A DNA stretch of 58,546 nt, the filler included, from a bacterium (GTDB lineage: Bacteria; UBP15; UBA6099; JAJRTR01), in assembly GCA_024278215.1 (NCBI GenBank). It is 3 parts of 3 records of this genome, joined end to end, with 100 filler letters (N's around TTAATTAATTAA, not from the genome) between each part and the next. Parts side by side here need not be neighbours in the genome. Positions count along the whole stretch, not along the records: positions 1 to 17,255 come from JAJRTR010000013.1; positions 17,356 to 45,728 come from JAJRTR010000015.1; 1 more part is not named here. One strand, 5' to 3'. The position numbers and the translations under genes are program-made. The notes under the pieces are model-generated. The model worked only from the letters and a program-made list of their open reading frames with translations. It made no database searches and had not been told where the DNA came from. This document shows, piece by piece, positions 9,809 to 19,095 of this stretch. Numbering within the stretch: the stretch's first letter is position 1; each line of letters begins with the position of its first letter.

Positions 9809-10844
9809 TAAGGAAACAGGCATAACTTACACCCCAAAGGGCATTGCACTTGCCGTCACTTACGCCTGTCCTTCGATGTGTGATCACTGCAATATCCGTT
9901 TTAATGAAATAGACACTGCGGAGGAAATAACAGCAGACACCGCGCGGCGACTGCTCGGCGAAGCGAAAGCCGCCGGGCTGCACGCATTCCAGATCGTAGG
10001 CGGCGAGCCCACGCTCAAGCCCGAAACATTTGTCGAGATAGTCAGGGAGGGCAGGCGGCTGAGCATGAAGTGCCACCGACCGCCGACCAACTGCCGCATC
10101 GCCCGCGACGAAGCCGCGTTGCGGAGTTTCTTTTCCAGCCTGTCGGACGCTGGTTTCAGTGCCGGTTTCCGCATAAGCGTCGACCACTTTCACCGCCGTA
10201 TACCTCTAGAATATACCGCCGGTTTCATCTTCGCCGCCGCAGATTATTTCAACCTGAAACGATTCGCAATCGGATGCTGCGACATAGACGAAGACAGGTC
10301 GCGCCGGATGCTGGACAATCTTTGCAGGCTGTTGTGCGCGAAGGGATTCGAGTCGCGCGTCGGAGGAAACATGCTCGAAACGCCTGCCGGACGTATAAAG
10401 ATCGGTTTCTGGGCACCGACGAGACCGACGTGGAAACAGCTCCCGGACAGCGAGTTCCTGTTGAAAAAGGTGAGTTTGTCGGTACCGGATAAGCCCCGAT
10501 GGGGCAGGAGAGACGACATAGCGCCGTTCGGATGCCTCGGACCGAAGGGAGTGGGTTACCTGTGGGTCGAGCCGTCCGGCGCAGTCCGCGCATGTTGCGG
10601 AAACGCATGTCAGTTTATCGACGCGCTTGTCATCGGCAATATATATGATGAGACACTCGGAGAAATGATAGACCGGGCGCGCGGCTCGGAACTTATGGAC
10701 GCGCTGGCGGCGGGCGGGCCTGTGGAAGCCGCATTGCGGGCCGGGACGCTCGATGCGCTCGAAAAAACATACACGCACAGGTGCGACCTGTGCCATGCGG
10801 TGCTGAATGACAGCAGGACGGCGGCTCGTTTCAACACCCCGTGA
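9801..10844 (+). CDS. Radical SAM protein with SPASM/twitch-like C-terminus
   Basis: CPSMCDHC, GGEP, C..G.G.LWVEPSG.V.ACCG..IGNI and C-terminal CDLC; overlaps the rluB stop by 8 nt. Confidence 0.85.
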   Translation: MNNKETGITYTPKGIALAVTYACPSMCDHCNIRFNEIDTAEEITADTARRLLGEAKAAGLHAFQIVGGEPTLKPETFVEIVREGRRLSMKCHRPPTNCRIARDEAALRSFFSSLSDAGFSAGFRISVDHFHRRIPLEYTAGFIFAAADYFNLKRFAIGCCDIDEDRSRRMLDNLCRLLCAKGFESRVGGNMLETPAGRIKIGFWAPTRPTWKQLPDSEFLLKKVSLSVPDKPRWGRRDDIAPFGCLGPKGVGYLWVEPSGAVRACCGNACQFIDALVIGNIYDETLGEMIDRARGSELMDALAAGGPVEAALRAGTLDALEKTYTHRCDLCHAVLNDSRTAARFNTP

Positions 10845-10913
10845 ACGGTCGCGCCGACCGGTTCGTTTCCAACCTTTCCCTACGACAAAACAAATCGGCG
10901 GCGGAAGAAGACA

Positions 10914-11041
10914 GGGTGTGCGACGCAAAAGCAGGTTTTTGCGAAAAGCGGGCAGGTACCGCAAAAGACAGCGTTGCCAGTCCCTGTTTTTCGCACATTA
11001 AAAATGTGGTTGTTTTTAACCCACTTTTATGTCGCACACTC
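10914..11041. mobile_element. MITE family E (128 bp, ~24-bp imperfect TIR, 9-bp TSD)
   Basis: GGGTGTGCGACGCAAAAG...CTTTTATGTCGCACACTC flanked by AAGAAGACA on both sides. Confidence 0.85.
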
Positions 11042-11057
11042 AAGAAGACAACGCCAC

Positions 11058-11112
11058 TTGACACGGGGGCGTCGAATATTTTAAAATCCGGATAGTCCAA
11101 TTATTGGAATAT
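11058..11112 (+). promoter_or_regulatory. Sigma70-type promoter and palindromic operator of the MarR gene
   Basis: TTGACA (11058)-N18-TAAAAT; inverted repeat ATAGTCCAAT-T-ATTGGAATAT at 11092-11112. Confidence 0.6.
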
Positions 11113-11117
11113 TCGGC

Positions 11118-11531
11118 ATGAAACAGGAAGTATCCGGAAAACTCTTTACACAGATCAAGCAACTCTACGAAAACGTGGAGATATACAGCGGTCAATATGC
11201 CGAACTCAACTCGAAGGAACACGGCATAATCAGGGCTGTCGACCGCATCGAGAACCCACGGGTCAGCGATGTCGCGCGCGAACTGGGCATATCCATGAGC
11301 ACGGCGAGCTGGTGCATAGACAAGCTCGATAAAAAGGGGTTTCTCAAGCGCCACCGCAGCGAGGACGATCGCCGAGCCGTGTTCCTCACTCTCACACGCA
11401 AGGGACAAACGATCGTCACACAGTTCGACGGCATATTCGAAAAACTCGCGGCCGCCGCGCGTGAAAATTTCTCGAAAGCGGAACTCGAGAATCTCGCGGA
11501 CCTGCTCGAACGTCTTTCAATAAAACGTTAA
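11118..11531 (+). CDS. MarR-family transcriptional regulator
   Basis: HTH VSDVARELGISMSTAS; L.KKGFL.R..SEDDRRAV.L.LT.KG wing. Confidence 0.92.
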   Translation: MKQEVSGKLFTQIKQLYENVEIYSGQYAELNSKEHGIIRAVDRIENPRVSDVARELGISMSTASWCIDKLDKKGFLKRHRSEDDRRAVFLTLTRKGQTIVTQFDGIFEKLAAAARENFSKAELENLADLLERLSIKR

Positions 11532-11567
11532 GGGCCGCGTTTACATTATTAAAGCCGCTAAAGTAAT

Positions 11568-11743
11568 GAGATTGCAAAATTATGTTCGTAGCGAGGTCGA
11601 ACGAAATTTTTCAGAAGCAAGGCGGAGGTACAAAATCCCCGCAGGCGTACTCGCCGAGTACGTCGAGGATGATTTTGTGCCGACAACACAGCTATGGACA
11701 ATTGCAGCCGACCGCAGCCGAATCGGAATTTTGCAATTGGCTC
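11568..11743 (+). mobile_element. MITE family A, copy 3 (3-bp deletion in left TIR)
   Basis: GAG---ATTGCAAAATT...AATTTTGCAATTGGCTC; TSD TAAT/TAAT. Confidence 0.9.
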
Positions 11744-11818
11744 TAATGTATCCGCACCGGCGAACATGTTCGCAAGTGCTTCGAAGTCAACAAAAACCAG
11801 ACAGGAGGTTATTCACAA

Positions 11819-12670
11819 ATGCTTCACAATTACCAATCTCGTGATGAACTGGTGGCATTCCTCAAACAGAAGTCGATAGAGGTGAGGAAAAAGATCATCC
11901 AGCTGGTAGTCACAGCGGGTGGCGGCCATGTGGGCGGCGGCCTTTCCATGACGGAGATTCTTCTCACGATGTACTGGCATATCCTTGACATCGACCCGAA
12001 GAACCCGAAGAAACCCGACCGCGACCGGCTCATACTCAGCAAAGGACACGGCGGTATTGGCATCTGCCCCGTGCTGGCCGATGTCGGCTACTACGAAGAG
12101 TCACTCATGAACGATTTCAACCAGTACATGAGTCCCTTCGGCATGCACCCCGACATGAACAAAGTCCCCGGCATCGACATGAGTACCGGTTCACTGGGCC
12201 ACGGACTGTCTGTCTGTGTCGGACTTGCCAACGGCGCACGCCTCAAAAACGAAAAGTGGCGCACTTTCTGCATACTCGGCGACGGCGAATGCAACGAGGG
12301 CTCCGTGTGGGAAGCGGCTATGTCCGCCGCCCACTACAAACTTGGCAACGTCACGGCCATAATCGACCGCAACAGGCTTATGATCGACGGACCGACAGCG
12401 GAAATCATGTCCATCGAACCGCTCGAGGACAAATGGAAAGCATTCGGCTTTGATACTAAAGTCATCAACGGACACGACTACAACGAACTGCTCGACACTT
12501 TCGAAAACCTGCCCGGCCCGGACAGCGACAAACCGGTCTGTGTTATATGCAACACGACCAAAGGGCGCGGCGTGTCCTTCATGGAAAACGAAGTAAAATG
12601 GCACTACGGCGGTCTGGACGAGGAAAGCGAAAAACAGGCTGTAAGCGACATAGAAAAACTGTCGCTCTGA
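11819..12670 (+). CDS. Transketolase, N-terminal (TPP-binding) subunit
   Basis: GH.GG.LS, RDRLILSKGH, STGSLGHG and GDGECNEG..WEA; RBS CAGGAGG. Confidence 0.93.
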   Translation: MLHNYQSRDELVAFLKQKSIEVRKKIIQLVVTAGGGHVGGGLSMTEILLTMYWHILDIDPKNPKKPDRDRLILSKGHGGIGICPVLADVGYYEESLMNDFNQYMSPFGMHPDMNKVPGIDMSTGSLGHGLSVCVGLANGARLKNEKWRTFCILGDGECNEGSVWEAAMSAAHYKLGNVTAIIDRNRLMIDGPTAEIMSIEPLEDKWKAFGFDTKVINGHDYNELLDTFENLPGPDSDKPVCVICNTTKGRGVSFMENEVKWHYGGLDEESEKQAVSDIEKLSL

Positions 12671-12712
12671 AGCAATTCTATTCTTTACTATAAGTCTTAA
12701 GGAGGCCTAAAC

Positions 12713-13735
12713 ATGGCAGGAGGACTTTCCTACACGATAGAAGATTTAAACGACCTGACGCAGGGACAGGTTTTCGGAAAAACACTCTGCGACATCGGCA
12801 GAGAAGATCCCACAATCGTCTGCCTCACGGCGGACCTTGCGAAATCCACTAAAATCGGCACATTCTTCAACGAATTCCCCGAACGCTCTTTCAACATGGG
12901 CATCGCCGAACAGAATATGATCAGCGCGGCGGCGGGCATGGCACTCGCGGGCCTGAAACCCTACATCGCCACCTTCGCCTGCTTCGCATCGATGCGTGCC
13001 TGCGAACAGGTGCGCACAGACCTCTGCTACCCGAATCTGAACGTCACCGTGATCGGCACTCACAGCGGTCTCAGCATGGGCAACGGCGGCACCACACACC
13101 ACGCCACAGAAGACCTTGCCATCATGCGCTCCTTTGCGAACATGACGGTCACCGTACCCGCGGACGGCATCGAAACCGCCCGCATTATCGAGGCATCAGC
13201 GAAACACAAGGGCCCCCTCTACATGCGCATCGGACGCGGTTTCGAGCCACCGGCCTACGATTCCACAGACTACGATTTCGAACTCGGCAAAGCCATCACG
13301 ATGCGCGAGGGCGCAAGCGCTACGATCATCGCCTGCGGCATGTGCGTCCGCGAAGCTATGGAAGCGGCTGAAGACTTCGCCGAAGAAACCGAAGACGGCA
13401 AAAGCGGTCGCCCCGACATTCGCGTTGTCAACATGCACACGATTAAACCCATCGACAAAGACGCCATTATCAAGTCCGCACAGGAAACCGGTACGATCAT
13501 CACCGTCGAGGAACACAATATTATCGGCGGGCTCGGCGGCGCAGTCGCGGAAGTGCTCATGGACGCCGGTGTGCATTGCAAATTCAAACGCCTCGGCATC
13601 CCCGACTGCTTCTCTGTCATCGGCTATCCCGAAGATTTGTATTACCACTACAAGATCGACCGGGAAGGCATCTATGGCACTGTCTGTGAATTGTTGGGCA
13701 TTGAATCTTTCGCAGACGATGACGACGATGAATGA
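12713..13735 (+). CDS. Transketolase, C-terminal subunit
   Basis: GIAEQNM, RACEQVR, G.THHA.ED and TVEEHNIIGGLG; RBS AAGGAGG. Confidence 0.93.
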   Translation: MAGGLSYTIEDLNDLTQGQVFGKTLCDIGREDPTIVCLTADLAKSTKIGTFFNEFPERSFNMGIAEQNMISAAAGMALAGLKPYIATFACFASMRACEQVRTDLCYPNLNVTVIGTHSGLSMGNGGTTHHATEDLAIMRSFANMTVTVPADGIETARIIEASAKHKGPLYMRIGRGFEPPAYDSTDYDFELGKAITMREGASATIIACGMCVREAMEAAEDFAEETEDGKSGRPDIRVVNMHTIKPIDKDAIIKSAQETGTIITVEEHNIIGGLGGAVAEVLMDAGVHCKFKRLGIPDCFSVIGYPEDLYYHYKIDREGIYGTVCELLGIESFADDDDDE

Positions 13736-13739
13736 TTAT

Positions 13740-13765
13740 CCCCGCCGCTTGCGGCGGGGGTATTA
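13740..13765 (+). terminator. GC-rich hairpin after the transketolase pair
   Basis: CCCCGCCGC-TT-GCGGCGGGG starting 5 nt after the stop; weak U-tract. Confidence 0.55.
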
Positions 13766-13862
13766 AACCCGAGTTTCGCAATAAAACATAAGCAGGCGGA
13801 CTAAATCTAACCCGCAGCATGTACGGGGTATCGGAGAAGTTTTTTCTATTAATGGAGCTGAT

Positions 13863-14402
13863 TTGGAACCGCTGATAAGAATCAAATCGAAACTCATGGA
13901 ACACCTGGGGACAATGCTCGGCCCCGACGAAAAGGTAATTGTCGCTGTGCCGCACAACATGCAGGCGATAGAAACCGGCAGGCTCCAGCGGCCCGAGACA
14001 CGCGACTACTTTCTTATCACCGACAAACGACTGATTATGGTCAAAGGGAGCTATTTCACAGACGGCACAGGTTTCAAAGCATATCCGCGAAGCCTCATCG
14101 CGGACGTATCTTCAAAAAGCTACAACATCGGCTGCAATGTATCTGTTCTGCTCGTTGACAATAAGACGCACAACGAATTGACCCTCGAAGTGCGAAACTG
14201 CCGCAAGGCGGAAGGCGAAACAATTATGAAAGTCCTGAATGAGGATCGGGACTACAGGCAATGCCCCAGTTGCACAGGCATCCTCGATAAAGACTACACA
14301 TTCTGCCCGAACTGCGGCGCACCTCTCAAAACTATATGCCGCAAATGCGGCAAAACGATCTCCAATAAAGGCGCCCCCTGCCCACACTGCGGTAGTGTTT
14401 AG
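13863..14402 (+). CDS. Bacterial PH-like domain plus double zinc-ribbon protein
   Basis: LITDKRLI core; CPSC, CPNCG, CRKCG and CPHCG. Confidence 0.8.
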   Translation: MEPLIRIKSKLMEHLGTMLGPDEKVIVAVPHNMQAIETGRLQRPETRDYFLITDKRLIMVKGSYFTDGTGFKAYPRSLIADVSSKSYNIGCNVSVLLVDNKTHNELTLEVRNCRKAEGETIMKVLNEDRDYRQCPSCTGILDKDYTFCPNCGAPLKTICRKCGKTISNKGAPCPHCGSV

Positions 14403-14597
14403 CGCCTGAACGAAAACCCTGCTTCGACCCTGCACGCGCCACAAAAAACAAGTCCGGGAAACAGCAATCATCCTTTTCGTATCAGCCTGTTATAGACAGT
14501 GTTTTTTTTATCCGATATAATCTCATAAATCAGACATGCGGCAGGATGTATATAATAATATGCGAAAGGTTCCGGTAACCGGCGGCGAAGTCATATT

Positions 14598-15674
14598 ATG
14601 AAACTGAACGATTTATTGAAAATGATGGTCGATAGAGAGGCATCCGACCTGCATCTGAAAGTAGGCCGACCGCCGGTTATCAGGCTGCACGGAAAACTCG
14701 TCGCCACCGACTATGACCGGCTCACAACCCGCGACATGGACGACTTCCTCTTCGATGTGCTCGACGACGAAGACCAGCTCAGGCTCAAAAAAAATAAAGG
14801 CATCGATGTCGCATACAGTCTTCCCGGTGTTTCTCGCTTCAGGGTCAACATCCTCTACCAGCGCGGAACGATAGCGCTTGTCATCAGAACTATTCCTTTC
14901 CATATACCTTCCGTCCATGACCTCGGCCTTCCGGAGATCGTCAAGGACCTGGCGACACGAAACGCGGGGATCGTCATCGTAACCGGCCCGGCCGGTTCAG
15001 GAAAATCCACAACGCTCGCCGCAATGATCGAATACATCAACAACACGATGCACAAACAGATCATTACGATCGAGGACCCGATCGAATACCTTTTCAGAGA
15101 CGACAAATCATCTGTCATACAACGCGAAGTCGGCTCGGACACTCTGTCTTTCGAAGAGGGCCTGAGGATGATCTTCAGGCAGGACCCCGATGTCATCATC
15201 GTCGGCGAGATGCGCGACCTCGAGACAATCAGCACCGCCATGAGCGCCGCCGAAACCGGCCATCTTGTCATAAGCACTCTCCACACACTGGATGCTTCCC
15301 AGACAATCGACCGCATCATCGACTCGTTCCCGCAGGCACAGCAGAGACAGATAAGAATCCAGCTCGCAATGGTGCTCAAGGGCATCATCTCCCAGCGACT
15401 GTTACCGACAAAAAATGGAACCGGGCGTTGCGCCGCCGTCGAGATAATGACTAATTCGCCGGGTATCGCAGACCTGATTCTCGAAGGCAAATCGGGCGAA
15501 CTTTACGACACGATACGCGCGTCGGTCGAAAACTACGGTATGCAGACACTCGAACAATCCCTCGCGGCGCTGCTGGTATACGATAAGGTTACCTACGAAG
15601 AAGCACGCAACACCAGCCAGCGGGTTTCCGAACTCGACATCGCTCTGCGAACACTGTTTCCTGATTATATGTGA
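14598..15674 (+). CDS. pilT: PilT/PilU-family type IV pilus retraction ATPase
   Basis: ASDLHL, TGPAGSGKSTT, TIEDPIE, RQDPDVIIVGEMRD and ETGHLV.STLH. Confidence 0.88.
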   Translation: MKLNDLLKMMVDREASDLHLKVGRPPVIRLHGKLVATDYDRLTTRDMDDFLFDVLDDEDQLRLKKNKGIDVAYSLPGVSRFRVNILYQRGTIALVIRTIPFHIPSVHDLGLPEIVKDLATRNAGIVIVTGPAGSGKSTTLAAMIEYINNTMHKQIITIEDPIEYLFRDDKSSVIQREVGSDTLSFEEGLRMIFRQDPDVIIVGEMRDLETISTAMSAAETGHLVISTLHTLDASQTIDRIIDSFPQAQQRQIRIQLAMVLKGIISQRLLPTKNGTGRCAAVEIMTNSPGIADLILEGKSGELYDTIRASVENYGMQTLEQSLAALLVYDKVTYEEARNTSQRVSELDIALRTLFPDYM

Positions 15675-15706
15675 ATCAAAAGAAATACATCCGCGAGGTG
15701 AAGAAG

Positions 15707-16072
15707 ATGGAAGAAGAAAAAAAAGATCAATCACAGGTTGGATCACCCAGCGACTATGCGGCTCTGCTTCGCACTGTACGCGACACCGAGAACCTCAAAC
15801 TCGAAATCCACCAGCTTCGCAACCAGCTCAAAACAGCAGAATCGCGGCTTATGTCTCTCGATCAGCAGGTAAAATCCTATCAGCAATCTTTGCAGGAACG
15901 CGACGAGAAAATAGAAGAACTCCAGTCGCAGGTCGGCGACAGAAGCAAAGGCCTGGTGGCGAAATTGAGGCAGAAAGACGAAACGATCAACCGCTTGCAG
16001 ACTGCTCTCCAGAACAAGCACCGCGAAATGGAAGAACTGAAATCCAAGGGCGGCATCTTCGGCAGGAAATAA
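15707..16072 (+). CDS. Small coiled-coil protein
   Basis: RBS GAGGTG; heptad-rich Q/E/K/L sequence; C-terminus KGGIFGRK. Confidence 0.75.
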   Translation: MEEEKKDQSQVGSPSDYAALLRTVRDTENLKLEIHQLRNQLKTAESRLMSLDQQVKSYQQSLQERDEKIEELQSQVGDRSKGLVAKLRQKDETINRLQTALQNKHREMEELKSKGGIFGRK

Positions 16073-16286
16073 TCTTTTCGCCATAATCTGCCCTGCCCTG
16101 TCGCGCCGGAACCGAACAGGAGTTCGGAGTTTGCTCGTTCTTATAGTCCACCCCGGAAACGATGATAGAAAATTAATTCCCGGCGCTGAAAGCGACAATG
16201 AATTGTCGTACTCCAAATCGCTTTGTGCCCTTAAGCAAACGCTATTTGAGTTGATCCCGATGCTGACATCGGAGAATTCTTCACGA

Positions 16287-17255
16287 TTATAGTTTTATTT
16301 CATAGATTCCGCATTTCGACGCGACGAAAAGCCGCGGCGGGCTTCCGGTGTAGAGCAGCGCGCGGGTCTGATCGCCGATTGGAAACTCGTCTATGATGTC
16401 GCCCGTTTCCCTGTCGATCTCGGTGAACTTGCCGCCGAAATATTTCACGAGAAATATCTTTTTACCATCGCGTGAAAGTGCGATCTCATGGCCGCCGAAA
16501 CCGACGTGGTACACACGCTTTGTTTTCATGCTCTCGCAATCAAGCACATCGATTCGACCAAGCACGCCACGCGACACAAATAGTTCGCAGCTCTCTTCGT
16601 CCAGCGCGAGGCCCGTCGAAACGAAAGGGAGAAACCTTTGCCTGTCCAGCTTCATTCCGTCTATTTCAAGCCTGTAAACACTTCCTGAAATCCAGTCGGA
16701 AACAAACATTGCATTGCGCCGGTGGTCGATCTTCAGGTCGTAGAGATGAGGCTGTCCGATAGGCAGATGTTGTGCACGCACCGAATAGTCTTCGCGGGAT
16801 AATCTGAACAGCCACGGTTTCTCGGAAAGAACAAAAAACTCGTCGCCATACTCCTCGATTTCTATCAGTTTGCTTTTGCCGGTGTCGGCGAAGAACACAG
16901 GTTCGGAACGTTCGAGATCATAAATCATGATTTTCGGCTTTTTCCACATCGGCATTACCGCAAGTCCTTTTTCGGGAATGAAGCGAATCTGCTGTATGTT
17001 GCCGAACCCAAGGTTTTCAGTTGTGAATTCCAGGTAGGCATCAGGATTGATGCGGCTGAAGGTGGTGTCGTCACGTCCGCTGACCGCGTAGAGCAAACCA
17101 CCGAGCATCTCGATATCGTATATATTGTGTGTTGCCTTGAGGCAACCGTCATGCTTCGCGCCCCTGAGTTCACCGCATTGCGCAAACGAGAGAACACGAA
17201 TAAGGCGGTCGTCCGGATCGAAGTTGCAGTCTGCCTGCCTGGTGTCCGACGAGTA
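16287..17255 (-). CDS. YVTN/YncE-like beta-propeller protein, 5'-truncated by the gap
   Basis: Repeats such as GLALDE...LFVS and IALSRDGKKIFL; the frame stays open from 17108 to the contig edge. Confidence 0.75.
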   Translation of the reverse strand, partial: YSSDTRQADCNFDPDDRLIRVLSFAQCGELRGAKHDGCLKATHNIYDIEMLGGLLYAVSGRDDTTFSRINPDAYLEFTTENLGFGNIQQIRFIPEKGLAVMPMWKKPKIMIYDLERSEPVFFADTGKSKLIEIEEYGDEFFVLSEKPWLFRLSREDYSVRAQHLPIGQPHLYDLKIDHRRNAMFVSDWISGSVYRLEIDGMKLDRQRFLPFVSTGLALDEESCELFVSRGVLGRIDVLDCESMKTKRVYHVGFGGHEIALSRDGKKIFLVKYFGGKFTEIDRETGDIIDEFPIGDQTRALLYTGSPPRLFVASKCGIYEIKL

Positions 17256-17355
17256 NNNNNNNNNNNNNNNNNNNNNNNNNNNNNNNNNNNNNNNNNNNNT
17301 TAATTAATTAANNNNNNNNNNNNNNNNNNNNNNNNNNNNNNNNNNNNNNNNNNNN
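17256..17355. other. Artificial contig spacer
   Basis: 100 nt of N around TTAATTAATTAA (stops in all six frames). Confidence 0.97.
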
Positions 17356-17406
17356 CAGATGTTCCATTGCGAACAGTTACCTGTGAACGGATAAAAAGGA
17401 AACATT

Positions 17407-18093
17407 ATGAAAAAGTGCGACGAATACAGCGGGGACCTGATCCTCTACATATACGGCGAACTCGACGATCCCGAAAAGATGAAACTCGAGAAACACATCG
17501 CCGGCTGCGCAGCCTGCGCGGCGGAACTCGAAGAGCTGCGCGTCGTGCACGACGCCGTAGCAGAGTCAATAACGGAACCGGCGATATCCCTACAGACTTC
17601 GGAACGCATCAGATGGAACGCACGCAAGACCGCTGCGGGATTCATCAGGCAGTCGTCCCCGGCAATTACGGCGCGTCGGTTTCGCACAAAAACATTTGTG
17701 GCCGCCGCCGCCGCTTGTTTGCTTTTCGCGATTGTAACAACCGCTTATGTTTTCCTTATCCAGGACAGGCCGTCCGCACCTCCGCGTGTGACCGAATATG
17801 CAGCCAGCACTGAATCGCTTTCCTGGGAAAGCGATATCTCGGAACCGCTGGAAAGAATAGACGCCCGGCTCGCGCGAATGAATGAGAGACGGGAAATAAA
17901 ACATAAACTGAAAAAGCCGGGGCTCGAAACCCGGCTGCGCAATATGAAATCGCAACTCGGCGCGTCCGAAAGGGTCGCCTTAGCGCCGGGCGCGGCGCGA
18001 AGGGCACGATGCCGCGACGCCATCGACAGTTCCCTGCGACGCCTGCGCAGAGACATGCGCTCACTCAAACAGGATGTCGGAAACGATGTGTAG
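17407..18093 (+). CDS. Zinc-finger (zf-HC2) anti-sigma factor, single TM
   Basis: YIYGEL...LEKHIAGCAAC (HxxxCxxC) followed by a TM segment AAAAACLLFAIV. Confidence 0.85.
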   Translation: MKKCDEYSGDLILYIYGELDDPEKMKLEKHIAGCAACAAELEELRVVHDAVAESITEPAISLQTSERIRWNARKTAAGFIRQSSPAITARRFRTKTFVAAAAACLLFAIVTTAYVFLIQDRPSAPPRVTEYAASTESLSWESDISEPLERIDARLARMNERREIKHKLKKPGLETRLRNMKSQLGASERVALAPGAARRARCRDAIDSSLRRLRRDMRSLKQDVGNDV

Positions 18094-18178
18094 TCCCTTA
18101 TCGTGCTGTAAGAAAAAATATGTCGACTTTCAGATCGGCAAAAAGATTCCTGAAAAAATTTTTCGGAGGGATATTAAG

Positions 18179-18754
18179 ATGAGAACAATAACAAAGCCAA
18201 CAATGATATTATTAGCAGCAGCGCTGATAATCGGTGCGATGAGCATTTGCGCCTGCGCGCAGGACCTGCTGCCCGAATGGGAGATCAGCGTACAGGATTT
18301 CAAGCAGGCGGTCGAGACGATAAAAAAAGACGAACCCGATTATTACGCCGCCTTGCTGCTTATAAAGAAAGACGATGAAGAGTACTATACAGAACTTGTC
18401 GCCGACTGGATATTCGAACAGCGCGACCTTGAAGATATGAAGCAACACGACCCGGAGTACTATAACGAAAGCAAAAAACAGGCTGATCTCGAAAAAGAGG
18501 AGCGCCGCCTGACTGGACTGTACAGAACGGCAAAAACAGAAGTCGAGAAGCAGTCGATAAATAAAAAACTTATGGTTTTGCTCGATCAGTTGTTCGACGA
18601 GAAGCTCAGACTACAGAAACTCGATGTCAGGGAACTCGAGAGTGAACTGAGCAGCATCAAACGGGATATCGAACGCCGCGAGAAAAACAAGCAGAAGATC
18701 ATCGAGCGCCGCCTCGCTGAATTGAAAGGCGAAGACGAAGACCTCGAATGGTGA
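18179..18754 (+). CDS. Exported helical protein (possible accessory of the ECF locus)
   Basis: RBS GGAGG; signal peptide; charged helical C-terminus. Confidence 0.75.
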   Translation: MRTITKPTMILLAAALIIGAMSICACAQDLLPEWEISVQDFKQAVETIKKDEPDYYAALLLIKKDDEEYYTELVADWIFEQRDLEDMKQHDPEYYNESKKQADLEKEERRLTGLYRTAKTEVEKQSINKKLMVLLDQLFDEKLRLQKLDVRELESELSSIKRDIERREKNKQKIIERRLAELKGEDEDLEW

Positions 18755-18810
18755 GTTCGACAAGAGAGAGCAAAAGTGGTTGTATGATCGAGCCGTATTA
18801 TTCCTGATGA

Positions 18811-18898
18811 TAACCCGCACATTTCACCAGTTCGGGTAAGAAATCGCAAGTTAGCCCATAATACAAGGCGCCGCACACATGTTCGTATGTGTGCGGCG
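18811..18898 (+). repeat. Family B partial copy (left end through CAAGGCG, then a perfect hairpin)
   Basis: Reverse-complement similarity to 22186-22246; hairpin CGCCGCACACAT-GTTCGT-ATGTGTGCGGCG. Confidence 0.7.
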
Positions 18899-18916
18899 TT
18901 TGCGTTTTCAATTATT

Positions 18917-19095
18917 GAGCCAATTGCAAGATTCTGTTTCGGCTGTGGTCGGCTGCAATTGTCAACAGCTGCGTTGTCGGCACAAAATCTTCCTCGACGT
19001 ACTCTACAAGTACGCCTGCGGGGATTTTGCAACTCCGCCTTGCTTCTGAAAAATTTCGTTCGACCTCGCTTCGAACATAATATTGAAATTGGCTC
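18917..19095 (-). mobile_element. MITE family A, copy 4
   Basis: TIRs; TSD TATT/TATT; its terminal base completes the TAG stop of the adjacent gene. Confidence 0.92.

Noticed and set aside
14403-14490. Weak inverted ends CCTGAACGAAAA...TTTTCGTATCAG as another MITE
   Set aside because: Poor TIR match, no TSD, and only a short partial second match near 21777
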